64,000 nt of DNA from Actinoplanes sp. (GTDB taxonomy: Bacteria > Actinomycetota > Actinomycetes > Mycobacteriales > Micromonosporaceae). Location: assembly GCA_965246815.1 (NCBI GenBank), contig CBDFFS010000009.1, positions 27,878 through 91,877 on the forward strand, given 5' to 3'. The notes beneath the pieces were generated by a model. That model was not told the origin of the DNA. It made no database searches and saw only the letters and a list, made by a program, of their open reading frames with translations. A program made the translations under genes and the position numbers. Positions 10,363 through 20,022 of the stretch are shown here, in pieces. Position 1 is the first letter of the stretch. Each line of letters begins with the position of its first letter.

Positions 10363-11513
10363 TGCGCCCATGTCCAGGCATAGTCGGGGTCTTCACTGGG
10401 GGCGGCGGCCGGGCCGAGCAGCAACGGGCGAAACGTGTCAACCATGACCGCAGTCTCCGAAGTGGTGGTGGCGCCGGCATCCAGGCAGGCTTGCACGGCT
10501 CCCGGTTGTGGACCATGGGTGAAACCGGCTGGGTGCAGCGAAACCGAGCCGATAGCGATGCCGGATCCCTGCCGAGCAGTGTAATCGCCGCCGACATAGA
10601 ACATGAACTCATCCGAGTCGACGTTGTGATGGTTGTAGGGCAGCGGCACTGCGGCGGGATCGAAGTCGAGCGGGCGGGGGCAGAACGAGCACACGACGAA
10701 GTTCGGCCCTTCGAACGTCTGATGCACGGTCGGCGGGGCGTGCGTACGTTTGACGATCGGCTCGAAGTCGGCAATGTTGAAGGCAAACGGATACACGTAC
10801 CCGTCCCAGCCCACCACGTCGAACGGGTGGTGCCGATAGGTCAGCCGAGTCAGTCCGGCCCGGGTTCGCACCAGCACAGGCACGTCATCGCCGTCGAGCA
10901 CAAGTGGTTCGGCTGGTGCCCGCAGATCCCGTTCGCTGTACGGCGCGTGTTCCAACAGCTGGCCGTATTGCGACAGGTAGCGCCGAGGCGGCCGAATGTG
11001 TCCGTGCGCCTCGATCACTAGCGCCTGCACGGCCCCGATCCAGCGGTGGATAGTTCCGGTCGGGATGACGACGTAATCGCCTTCGCCGACCTCCAGCGCG
11101 CCGTAGGTGGTTTCCAACCGGGCCGTGCCGCGCTGAATGTAGACGACTTGGTCGCCGACGGAGTCGCGATACAACTCGCTGTCCTGGTCGGTGGCGACAA
11201 AGGAGATCCGTACATCGTCGTTGCCCACCAGCATTCGTCGACCGAGGACCAAGTCTCCGCCGACCGGCAGCGCTGACGTGTGGAAGGCCCGGGGCCGCAG
11301 CGGGTAATTGGGGGTCAGTTCGTCGGCGAGCGGGCGGTCCACGCCTTCGGATTTGACGATCGCTGTCGGCGCGTACGTGTGGTAGAGCAGTGAGGAATCT
11401 GACGAGAACCCCTCCTCCCCCATCAGTTCTTCGGCATATAGGCCGCCGTCTGGGCGCCGGAACTGCACGTGTCGCTTTCGGGGAATGCTCCCGACGACGC
11501 GGTAATGCGGCAT
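10359..11513 (-). CDS. hmgA: Homogentisate 1,2-dioxygenase family protein
   Basis: MPHYRVVGSIPRKRH...EELMGEEGF, PPTVHQTF, PYNHHNVDSDE, SLHPAGFTHGP; start ATG 11513. Confidence 0.85.
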   Translation of the reverse strand: MPHYRVVGSIPRKRHVQFRRPDGGLYAEELMGEEGFSSDSSLLYHTYAPTAIVKSEGVDRPLADELTPNYPLRPRAFHTSALPVGGDLVLGRRMLVGNDDVRISFVATDQDSELYRDSVGDQVVYIQRGTARLETTYGALEVGEGDYVVIPTGTIHRWIGAVQALVIEAHGHIRPPRRYLSQYGQLLEHAPYSERDLRAPAEPLVLDGDDVPVLVRTRAGLTRLTYRHHPFDVVGWDGYVYPFAFNIADFEPIVKRTHAPPTVHQTFEGPNFVVCSFCPRPLDFDPAAVPLPYNHHNVDSDEFMFYVGGDYTARQGSGIAIGSVSLHPAGFTHGPQPGAVQACLDAGATTTSETAVMVDTFRPLLLGPAAAPSEDPDYAWTWAQ

Positions 11514-11515
11514 AT

Positions 11516-13105
11516 TCAGCACCCTTCCGGTCGGCCGGTTGCCCGGCGTAGTGCGGCCTCGATCGTCGGTGGGTCGGGGTCGTCCAAGACGGCGGCGAGG
11601 TGTCCGTCGGGCCGAACGAGGTGCACGGTGCCCGGCGCGGCGTGTAACGCGGCGCGCACTGCCCCACTGTGGTCGATCTCGGCGAACGAATAGGTATCTA
11701 CGGGGAGGTCGACCCCCACCGTTTGGCCGCCTGGCTCGGCCGTAAAAAGCACGAAGGATCGCCCGAAAAGCCGCCGCAGCCGAGTCGGCTGTCCCGCCAC
11801 TAAGCAGGGAGCGTCTGGGCACAACACTCCCGGCACCGGCGGCCTGTGCGCACCAGGCTGGGTCGGGAAGTCGTCCAGCGACCCGGCCGGCGTGGTCAAC
11901 GGCGAGTCCAAATACCAGTACGGCTCGGCCAACTGACCCGAATCAATCATGGTACGGGCGGCGGGATCGCCCACCGCCGCCGCCAACGCGGTACGCCGCC
12001 GCGCACGCTGTCGCTCAGTTTGCGGCACCAGGAACTCCATCGTCGCCGTGGTGACGCGCAGATTCTCCCCCGCAGCAGCCCGCCGCTCGATGTCGTAGCT
12101 GTCCAGCAGCTCAGGTGCGGCCCACCCGCGTCGCAAGTACGCGATTTTCCAGGCGATATTCTCGGCGTCCTGAATGCCGGAGTTGAGCCCCCGGGCCCCG
12201 AACGGCGCGTACAAATGGGCCGCATCGCCCGCGAGGAAAGCCCGCCGGTGCACCGCGAACCGCTCGGCCCGCCGCTCGTGGAACCGGTATGCCGTGGCCC
12301 AACACACTTCGTATGGCGTGTTACCGACGATTCGCTGGATGCGTTGGTCGAACTCCCCGCTCGCCCGGTCCGCGGCCAGGTCGTAGCTCTGCGGCACCTG
12401 CCAGTCGATTCGCCAGGTCGAGTCCGGACACTGATGCAGCAATACCTGCCGACCGGGATTGAAGGCTGGGTCGAAATAGAACCTGCGCTCACTCGGAAAC
12501 GGCAGCTGCGCCTTGATGTCGCAGATTAAGAATTTGTCGGTGAAGGAACGGCCGGGAAAGTCGATGCCCAGCAGTTGGCGGGTTGTGCTGTGCGCACCGT
12601 CCGCGCAGACCACGTGACTGCCCCGCACCGGATCACCATCGTGCGCCACCCGCACCTCGACCCCGGCCGGCTCGATCCCGGTCGGCTCGACCAGCAGCTC
12701 GGTCACCGGCTGGCTGTAACGCAGCTCGATCAGCGGGCAAGCCTCGGCCAGATCGATCAGCAACTGTTCCAGCACCGCTTGGGAAATATTGATCCACGGT
12801 GGCACCGCGCCAGACTGCGGATGTGGGAACGTGACTGCGAACAACTCGTGGTCGCCGTAGAACGTGCGCCCGACCGTCCACGTGACTCCTGCGGCGATCA
12901 GCTCCGACGCACAGCCCACCCGGTCCAGCACGTCCAGGACGTCTCGCTGGAAACAGATCGCCTTGGACCCGGTGGGCTCACGTCGCTCGGCTGCTTCGAG
13001 CACCACCGTGCGAATCTCGTGGCGCGCCAGCAACAGGGCCGTGACCAGCCCGACCGGGCCAGCCCCGACGATCACCACCGGGTCGGCGTCAGCTCTGGAG
13101 CTCAT
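11516..13105 (-). CDS. FAD-dependent aromatic monooxygenase (MhpA/PheA-like)
   Basis: GAGPVG, CADGAHS and LAGDAAH...GLNSG motifs; C-terminal VRPDGH thioredoxin-like domain. Confidence 0.88.
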   Translation of the reverse strand: MSSRADADPVVIVGAGPVGLVTALLLARHEIRTVVLEAAERREPTGSKAICFQRDVLDVLDRVGCASELIAAGVTWTVGRTFYGDHELFAVTFPHPQSGAVPPWINISQAVLEQLLIDLAEACPLIELRYSQPVTELLVEPTGIEPAGVEVRVAHDGDPVRGSHVVCADGAHSTTRQLLGIDFPGRSFTDKFLICDIKAQLPFPSERRFYFDPAFNPGRQVLLHQCPDSTWRIDWQVPQSYDLAADRASGEFDQRIQRIVGNTPYEVCWATAYRFHERRAERFAVHRRAFLAGDAAHLYAPFGARGLNSGIQDAENIAWKIAYLRRGWAAPELLDSYDIERRAAAGENLRVTTATMEFLVPQTERQRARRRTALAAAVGDPAARTMIDSGQLAEPYWYLDSPLTTPAGSLDDFPTQPGAHRPPVPGVLCPDAPCLVAGQPTRLRRLFGRSFVLFTAEPGGQTVGVDLPVDTYSFAEIDHSGAVRAALHAAPGTVHLVRPDGHLAAVLDDPDPPTIEAALRRATGRPEGC

Positions 13106-14045
13106 CCCACACCGAACGGTCGCGCTCCGTGGTCCAGATCACGGGGCGTTCAACCCCGGACAACTCATCAAAAAGTCGGTACACATTGAAAGGTAGGCAG
13201 TGCTCGAAGATTGGCCAGGTGCCGTACTCCGGGGCAAGCTCGCGGTGAACCGCGGCGAACGCTTCCTTCCGGGTGCCGCCGCGCGCCTGCACCGCCGCCA
13301 CCTCGCGGATCATGACGTCGAGGAAGTTTCGGGTCCGGCCGACTGCCGCCGCAACTGCCGCTGGCCCCCGGGTGACCGGACCGCGACCGCCGACCAGGGT
13401 TTCCGCGCCGATTGCTGCCACGGTGTCCAGCGTCGAGCCGGCCCATTCCTGATGGAAGGAGTCACCGGTATACAACGCCGCCTGCGACTCCACCAGGTCA
13501 CCGGTGAAAAGCACCCGTTGGCGCGGTAGCCAGGCCACGATGTCACCTTCGGTGTGTCCGCGACCGCAGTAACGCAGCTCGATGGTGCCTCGATCACCGC
13601 CCAACTGGATGGTAAAACGATCGGTGAACGTCGCATCAGGCCAAGTCAGCCCCGGGACCGAGCTGGGATCGGCGAACAGTCGGGGCATCCGGGCGAGCTC
13701 GGACTCCCAGTCCTGCTGCCCGCGCTCGGCGATCAGCTCCCGAGTTTTTTCGTGCGCAACGATCACTTCGGCGCCGAACGCGCTAGCGCCCAGCACTCGC
13801 ACGGCGTGATAGTGCGACAGGACCAGGTAGCGGATCGGCTTGGTGGTGTACTCGCGCAGTTTGGTCAACCACCGTCGGGCGGCGACGGGGGTGGCCAGCG
13901 CCTCGAAGCACACGAGGAAGTCCTCGCCCTCGATGGCGCCCACGTTGGGATCACCCTCGGCGGTCAGCGCGTACACGCCGTCGGCGAGCACTTCTAGCGT
14001 CTGCTGCTTCTCGGTCAAGTCGGCCGAGGATGCGAATGCCTTCAT
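13089..14045 (-). CDS. MBL-fold metallo-hydrolase
   Basis: SHYHAVR, GRGHTEGD and FTGDLVE motifs. Confidence 0.88.
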   Translation of the reverse strand: MKAFASSADLTEKQQTLEVLADGVYALTAEGDPNVGAIEGEDFLVCFEALATPVAARRWLTKLREYTTKPIRYLVLSHYHAVRVLGASAFGAEVIVAHEKTRELIAERGQQDWESELARMPRLFADPSSVPGLTWPDATFTDRFTIQLGGDRGTIELRYCGRGHTEGDIVAWLPRQRVLFTGDLVESQAALYTGDSFHQEWAGSTLDTVAAIGAETLVGGRGPVTRGPAAVAAAVGRTRNFLDVMIREVAAVQARGGTRKEAFAAVHRELAPEYGTWPIFEHCLPFNVYRLFDELSGVERPVIWTTERDRSVWDELQS

Positions 14046-14049
14046 CCGG

Positions 14050-14913
14050 CTAGCTCCCATGCTGGTTCAGAAATGCGGACACCACCGCGTGATAGTCGTG
14101 TGGCCGTTCCTCCTGCAGGTGATGCGCCGCCCGGTCCATCACATAGAGCTGGCCTCGGGCGACCATGCGGGCCAGCATCAGCGGATAGTCCGGGGTGAGG
14201 AATGCGTCGTACATGCCCCAGCAGAACAGCACTGGTGCGGCGATGCGGCCCAGTTGTTCGGTTAAGTCCTGCCATTGCCCGCGGGGGCTGTCCGAGCGGG
14301 CGGCCAACTCCATCTCGGCCGGGTCGAGGCTCTGCTGATACCGCAGCATCACGGTGGCCTCGGGAATCGCTGTTTCGTCATACCACTCCAGCTGGGCCAT
14401 TAGCGTGCGAAGCTTCGCCGGTGTCGGTCCCTCGCCGCCGTAATAGGCGTCGCGGGCATTGCGGCCCCGACGGGCTCGCTCCGGCAACGGCGCCAGCGGT
14501 CCATAAAAAACCGGCATGGAACCGGTGACCACGAGCGAACGCACGCGCTCGGGATATTTCGCGGCGAGGTTCAGCGCGATGGTGCCGCCCCACGAATTGC
14601 AGACAAAGTCCGCTCGGGGGATTGCTAATGTGTCCAGCAATGCCACGGTGCGGTCGGCGTGAAAATCCCACATGGGCCCGGAGATAACGCATTTCTCGCT
14701 GAGCCCATATTGCAGAATATCAACCAAGAAGCACTGACGGTCCGCGGCGAACAAAGGTGCCACCGGGCCGAAGTCGCTCCAAGCCGTGCAGCCCGGCCCC
14801 CCGCCGTGCAGGAACACTGTTGGAAAGCCGCTTCCCATTTGGAAGTAGTGGTAGGTCAGGCCGTCCGCTTTCGCCCAGGAGCCCTCGGGTGGCGACGTCA
14901 CGTCAACCGACAT
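14050..14913 (-). CDS. Alpha/beta hydrolase (BphD/MhpC-like C-C hydrolase)
   Basis: LHGGGPG oxyanion loop, CNSWGG nucleophile elbow, C-terminal His; GGAGG before ATG 14913. Confidence 0.82.
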   Translation of the reverse strand: MSVDVTSPPEGSWAKADGLTYHYFQMGSGFPTVFLHGGGPGCTAWSDFGPVAPLFAADRQCFLVDILQYGLSEKCVISGPMWDFHADRTVALLDTLAIPRADFVCNSWGGTIALNLAAKYPERVRSLVVTGSMPVFYGPLAPLPERARRGRNARDAYYGGEGPTPAKLRTLMAQLEWYDETAIPEATVMLRYQQSLDPAEMELAARSDSPRGQWQDLTEQLGRIAAPVLFCWGMYDAFLTPDYPLMLARMVARGQLYVMDRAAHHLQEERPHDYHAVVSAFLNQHGS

Positions 14914-15057
14914 GGGATTTCCTCCGTTCCAACTCACTGATTTTCATCGTCGCCGCCCACACCCCACCAACCCATCGCCACGGTCCGACCACCAGAACGA
15001 CAACACACAAACCCCATTGGCGAAGCAAGAAAATGCTTGCACGGAGGCCGAGCAGCG

Positions 15058-15122
15058 CTGATTTAGCCCGACCCGTTGATCTAGCCCGACCCGCTGATCA
15101 GGCACCGACCGCTGATCAGGCC
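15058..15122. repeat. About 3.5 imperfect 18-bp tandem repeats spanning a stop codon
   Basis: ctgatttagcccgacccg / ttgatctagcccgacccg / ctgatcaggcaccgaccg / ctgatcaggcc. Confidence 0.75.
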
Positions 15123-15892
15123 AGGAAATCCAGCACGAGCTTTGCGAACTGAGCGGCTTGGAACTCCAGCGGAACCATGCCGCCAGCAATGACCGCGGTG
15201 CGTGCGCCCGATAACGCAGCTGCCAGCGGGTGCAGTTCTGGGAACGCATATGGGTCGTCAGCCGCACCAACACACAGCACGGGGCAGCCGATCAGGCCGA
15301 TCCGCTCTTCCATTCGATAGTTGCTCACCGCTGTGTGGCCGTGTTCGACCTCTGGCCACACCGCCAATGCATCGCGCAGGAATCTGGTCAGCAAATCGGG
15401 GCGACCGGGCGGGTAGAACCCGGCACGTCGACCCCACAGCTCACTCAGGTGCGAACCGTCCGGCTGCTCGACCACCGCGTCGATAGCGGGTCCGTTGGCC
15501 CGGCGGTGACGTGCTGCTGCGTCGATGTATGGAGTGGAGGACAGCACCAACCGCCGCACCAGGTCGGGCCGGCGGGCCGCAACTTCGACCGCCACCACCC
15601 CACCGGTGTGATGACCGACCAGATCGAACCCGGTTAGTCCCTGCGCTGCGGCAAACTCACACACTCCGTCGGCATATGTCTCGATCGAGTGCTGGGCGAT
15701 CCGGGCGGACGCGCCGAACCCGATTGTGTCGGGCGCGATGGCCCGGTGTCGGGGGCTCAGCAGCTGCAGCACCTCGCGATATTCATCCCCGGAGCGCGGG
15801 CTCTGATGCAGCAACACCACCGGCGGCCCGACCCCGTCCTGCGCATAGTGCACCTGCCCATACGACGTATCCGCGTAGCCGAACCGGATCAC
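15116..15892 (-). CDS. Alpha/beta-hydrolase-fold protein with non-canonical GHHTG elbow
   Basis: LLHQSPRS, APDTIGFGAS and VGHHTGG motifs. Confidence 0.8.
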   Translation of the reverse strand: MIRFGYADTSYGQVHYAQDGVGPPVVLLHQSPRSGDEYREVLQLLSPRHRAIAPDTIGFGASARIAQHSIETYADGVCEFAAAQGLTGFDLVGHHTGGVVAVEVAARRPDLVRRLVLSSTPYIDAAARHRRANGPAIDAVVEQPDGSHLSELWGRRAGFYPPGRPDLLTRFLRDALAVWPEVEHGHTAVSNYRMEERIGLIGCPVLCVGAADDPYAFPELHPLAAALSGARTAVIAGGMVPLEFQAAQFAKLVLDFLA

Positions 15893-16749
15893 GAGGCCGC
15901 CTTCAGGAAGCCCAGCGACAGCGGGTTGTAAAGGTCCACCCGCTCGTGCTGCGGCCAGTGACCACAGTCGTCGAACAACTGCAGCTCCGAAACCGGCAGC
16001 GCCGCAGCCAGCGCTCGCGCCTCCGGGACGTCACCGAATGGGTTCTGCCGACCCCAAACCACCAGGGTGGGAGCCACGATCTGGGCTAACCGCTCTGGTT
16101 GCAGCAGGTTGCGTTGCCGAGTAGCCAGATCCTGTAAACACAGCAGATTGGCGATGTTGGCCACAAAATCCGGCTGGTGATAGATGGCGTGCCGAATGTG
16201 CACTAATTCCTCGGACACATCGCGCTGCGGATTATGCATCAGCAGGTGCAGCCGCTGGCGGGTAAGGTCGATATCGTCGCTGTTCACGGCCGCCAACGTG
16301 GACGACCGAATGCGCTGCATAACGACCGGGTCCGCCTTAGTGCCACCGGCGGCCAACAATTGCAACGAAATTACTCGGGCCGGCTGGACCGAGGCCAGCC
16401 ACGCAGCCACCCAACCGCCCAGCGACTCGCCCACCAGATGCGCCTGCGGCGCCCCAATAGCATTCAAGTACGCGATCAAATGCTCAACATAACGCGGAAT
16501 CTCGTACGGATAATCAGGTTTTGCGGTGTAGCCGTGCCCAAGCATGTCAATGGCGTGGCAGCGGTAACCGGCCTGGGCATGCGCGGCAATCGTGCGAATG
16601 AACGCTTCCAGATGGCCACTGGTGCCGTGCAAGAAAATCACAGGTTGGCCGTCGGGTGGCCCGGCCTGCAACGACCGGGTCCGGATGCTGCCAGCGTTGA
16701 CGTAACGCACCTCGTAGTCGATGCCGGTCAGGTCTCGCCAGATCGTCAT
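15889..16749 (-). CDS. Meta-cleavage product hydrolase (MhpC/OhpC-like)
   Basis: FLHGTSGHLE, GESLGG, CGHWPQHE; start ATG 16749 overlaps the dioxygenase stop. Confidence 0.85.
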   Translation of the reverse strand: MTIWRDLTGIDYEVRYVNAGSIRTRSLQAGPPDGQPVIFLHGTSGHLEAFIRTIAAHAQAGYRCHAIDMLGHGYTAKPDYPYEIPRYVEHLIAYLNAIGAPQAHLVGESLGGWVAAWLASVQPARVISLQLLAAGGTKADPVVMQRIRSSTLAAVNSDDIDLTRQRLHLLMHNPQRDVSEELVHIRHAIYHQPDFVANIANLLCLQDLATRQRNLLQPERLAQIVAPTLVVWGRQNPFGDVPEARALAAALPVSELQLFDDCGHWPQHERVDLYNPLSLGFLKAAS

Positions 16750-17696
16750 GCGGTGCCTCCCACCGGGGGTTGCAGAATGGCGACTGCCATGCCAGTGAGC
16801 CAGTCGTCGATCGGTTCGTAAGCCAGCCGACGCCCTGGCACATGCCCAAGTGCGGCCGCCATGATCAGCCAGGTGCGGATCTCCTGGCTGCCGTTGCCGG
16901 CGATGCGTTCCAGGTCTTCGGTGGTGTAGGAACACATCTCAGCGGTCTTACCGGCTTCCAGCAGAGTCAGGAACTTGTCGTCAAAATCGGGATTGATCAC
17001 TGCTGTGGCGGCTCGGATGATCTCGCGCCGGCGGACGTCGTATTGATCCCAACTATCGCGGCCGTTCAGCCAGGCCGAGACGAGAAACTCTTCGTCCGCA
17101 CCGTGCGGGTCGCGCCAGTCCGGCCACGGCAATCGATGCGACAGCCCACCGGAGCCGATCACTGCGACCCGCCGCTGGTCGGAAAACGAGCTCACCGCGC
17201 TGCGCACCGCCGCACCCAATGCCTCGCAGCGGGCGAGCGGCGGCAGCGGCGGCGCAAACACGTTCACCACCAACGGCACAATTGCCACATCCAACCCGGC
17301 TAGCAGGTACTGAATGGCGTGTGATTGTCCGTGGTCGATTTGCAATCGGGCCGAAAAGGCTGGGTCGAAGCCGGCATCCACGAGGGAACCCACGAGATGC
17401 CGGGCTAGCTGCACGTCCACACGTTGTCGGCCTTTCGGGGTGCCGGATTCGCCGCTGGCAATGCATTCACCGACGCCGATTGTGAACGCCGGAATCAGAT
17501 CGAGCCAGAACCCACGGAAGTGATTGGAGCCGGCGAGGATGACGGTGTCTAGGCGCGCTGCCGCGAGGGCGTCCCGGGCCTGGTGTAATGACTCGCGGAA
17601 ACGGTGCGCCGCGCGCTGCTGTCCAGTCTGCGCCCAATGCGTGTTCATCAGGGTGCTATGCGAAGCACCAACACCGAGCACGATCTCACTTGCCAT
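16746..17696 (-). CDS. LigB/MhpB-family extradiol ring-cleavage dioxygenase
   Basis: ASHS, NHF, IDHG, GSGGLSH and GNGSQEIRTW motifs. Confidence 0.88.
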   Translation of the reverse strand: MASEIVLGVGASHSTLMNTHWAQTGQQRAAHRFRESLHQARDALAAARLDTVILAGSNHFRGFWLDLIPAFTIGVGECIASGESGTPKGRQRVDVQLARHLVGSLVDAGFDPAFSARLQIDHGQSHAIQYLLAGLDVAIVPLVVNVFAPPLPPLARCEALGAAVRSAVSSFSDQRRVAVIGSGGLSHRLPWPDWRDPHGADEEFLVSAWLNGRDSWDQYDVRRREIIRAATAVINPDFDDKFLTLLEAGKTAEMCSYTTEDLERIAGNGSQEIRTWLIMAAALGHVPGRRLAYEPIDDWLTGMAVAILQPPVGGTA

Positions 17697-18984
17697 CAGC
17701 CACCCCCAGCACGTCAACAGCGACCCGGATCAGCAATTGAGTCAGCCGTTCCATTTCTCTGACATCGACCGTGTTCATGCCCATGGCGAAGTCACCAGCT
17801 GGGTCGATCGGCAGATGTTTCGCCTGCACCTTCGGCATGCCGACGCGGACGGTCGGGATGCCCCGTGAGCGCAGGATGTTCGCATCGGTGGCGCCAGAAT
17901 TGCCGAGGATCGGCTGGTGCGCTCGACCCTGCGCCTCTTCCCACGCCGCCACCGCGGCTGTGACCACGCGGTCCTGGGCGTTCGTTCGGGTGCCAGGGAT
18001 CGCGAGGACCAGCTCGCACGACAGCTCGGCGTCGAGTTCAGCCCCGATTCGGGCGAGCTCGCAGTTAAGCTCGCGCCGGGCCGCCGATGGGGACAGGCCG
18101 GGCGGTAAGCGCAGGTCACACCGCAACCGGCACGCTGCCGAGGTGACTGCCGGCATCCGCATCCAGCCGCCCTCGATGGCGCCGACGATGCCCTGCGGCG
18201 CAAAGGTTCCGCCGGTGTGTCGCTCCGCATATTCGACGAACCATTGCTCCAGCCGCTCGGCGACCGCCCCGGCCAGCGGGATCGGATTGCGATAGGGCAG
18301 GCGATGCCGGCTGCCCACATAGGTATGTGTGCCAGCGACGGTAATATCGAACCAGGCCAAGCCGACTTCTTCGGCCGACACCGTCCACCCGGGCTTGGCG
18401 ATTACCGCGTGATCGGCCCAGAGCCCTTGCTCAAGCAGGAACGAGGCGCCGACGCCTTGACCGGTGTGTCGCCGTGGGTCGCCGTCCAGGCCTAGCGCGT
18501 TGGTGGGCATGCCACCCGCACCGAGGCCGACCAACAGGTCACCAGCCAGTGGAACGCCAGCGGCAACGATCGCTTCAGCTGCGGCCACGACGCAGGCAGC
18601 ATGCCCTTTCGGGTTACCCGCGCCCAAGCCGATCACCAGATCACCGTCATCGACGGCAACGGGTCGCATATCCGGTCGCAGCACTGGTCCGGCCCACGGC
18701 AAGTCGATGTCCGCGCGTCCTACCGTCAGCGTGTCGATCGGGGCATACAGCAGCAGGTCGGGGCCGCCGCCACGACCGGGCAGCCGGGCCCGAGCCGATG
18801 CTTGCCGCTCGTCGTGGGCGAGCACGTCGGCATGCAAACCGGCCGACTCCAGCTGGGTGGCGGCGTAAGACGCCAGGCGTGCCTCGTCACCGGTAGGGCT
18901 AGGCAGGTCCACCAGGGCCTTGACCAACTCCCGCAGGCGCTCCCGGCTGACCTGTGCCCGAGCGCGCGTCACCCAGTCGTTCAC
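17686..18984 (-). CDS. M20/ArgE-like amidohydrolase homologue with degenerate metal site
   Basis: M20 layout (LVDLPSPTGDE, dimerisation domain, GATDANIL) but LYAPIDT, GAGNPKG and GAGG replace the usual ligand motifs. Confidence 0.75.
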   Translation of the reverse strand: MNDWVTRARAQVSRERLRELVKALVDLPSPTGDEARLASYAATQLESAGLHADVLAHDERQASARARLPGRGGGPDLLLYAPIDTLTVGRADIDLPWAGPVLRPDMRPVAVDDGDLVIGLGAGNPKGHAACVVAAAEAIVAAGVPLAGDLLVGLGAGGMPTNALGLDGDPRRHTGQGVGASFLLEQGLWADHAVIAKPGWTVSAEEVGLAWFDITVAGTHTYVGSRHRLPYRNPIPLAGAVAERLEQWFVEYAERHTGGTFAPQGIVGAIEGGWMRMPAVTSAACRLRCDLRLPPGLSPSAARRELNCELARIGAELDAELSCELVLAIPGTRTNAQDRVVTAAVAAWEEAQGRAHQPILGNSGATDANILRSRGIPTVRVGMPKVQAKHLPIDPAGDFAMGMNTVDVREMERLTQLLIRVAVDVLGVADGK

Positions 18985-19097
18985 GGGGTAATCCGGTGAA
19001 CCTGGGTGCGGCTGGTGCGCCGCAACCACCGCCGCACTCGCGGACCGGCAGCGACAGCCAACACACCTGCGGCGACGAAGACAAACACTCGTGACAC
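18981..19097 (-). CDS. Small 38-aa membrane-anchored peptide (not in ORF track)
   Basis: MSRVFVFVAAGVLAVAAGPRVRRWLRRTSRTQVHRITP*; GTG starts 1 nt after the Rieske stop, and its TGA overlaps the M20 GTG (GTGA). Confidence 0.6.
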   Translation of the reverse strand: MSRVFVFVAAGVLAVAAGPRVRRWLRRTSRTQVHRITP

Positions 19098-19098
19098 G

Positions 19099-20009
19099 TC
19101 AATCTCCTCGCTTGGCTCCGTCTAGCTTGGCTCGATAGCCTTTTTCGGCGAGATTGCGCCAGGCCGTCAAGGACACGTCCGGGCGATAGAGCCGCTCCGG
19201 TGGCGCATCAGTGGCATCCACCATCCACGCGTCCTGCGCGGAAAACTGTCCGTGGAAGAGCCATCGAATCCACAGCAGGTATTTCGGGTAGAACGGCAGT
19301 GCCCGCAGGCCTTCGCGGAAGTTGACCATCACGCCGACGTAGCGGTGCCGGTCGGCGTCGATCGGCACGTAAAACTCGTAGTGGATGAAGTTCGGATAGA
19401 CGATGCGCAGCACACCCGGCATGGACAGGGACGCGAAGCCGGGAAAATCTTGGGCGGCGATGACCGGGTCGACTTTGGCTGCGCCGCCGGTGTTGCCGAC
19501 GTTTGAGGCACCGATCCCGGCCGTGGCTGCGGGCGGATTCAGCTTCCACCAGCGCTTGTTGGTCCACCGGCCCAAGCCCGGGAAATCCGCCTCCCAATAT
19601 TGGGCTTCCTGCTTGCGATAGATCCATCGCCCTCGGGTGACAATCCGGGTTTCGTTCCACGTCGGCATTGCCTTGAACAGCCGCCACAACGATGTGCGGT
19701 GCAGATACTTCGCATGACCCTCGTCGTAGCCGTTCTCGCAAGCGAAGCGCCAATTGCCGGTTCGGTCCTGCATTCGGCCACCAAGCACGAGCGGCGTATC
19801 GACTAATTCCTCGGGCAGCTGCTCGTCAATGGCGGGTGCCGGCTCGTCGGCGATCGGCATATAGACCCAGACCATGCCCAGGCGCTCGGCCACCGGATAA
19901 GTTGCCACGCGCACCTTGCCGCAAATCGGCGACTGCGGACCGTCGGTGATCACTGCGGTCAACAGACCATCGCGCAGGTCATAGGTCCAACCGTGATACG
20001 GGCAGCTTA
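19099..20009 (-). pseudogene. Rieske oxygenase alpha subunit (CarAa/OxoO-like), 5' part removed at IS630
   Basis: SCPYHGWTYD (second Rieske motif) abuts the IS end; catalytic NWRFACENGYDEGHAKYLH; first CxH motif is missing. Confidence 0.85.
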
Positions 20010-20022
20010 GTGGTCCTCGGCG

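Noticed and set aside
12655-12690. 15-bp in-frame duplication (EPTGI/EPAGV) in the flavin monooxygenase
   Set aside because: Frame is preserved and it lies in a probable loop; no functional consequence can be argued.
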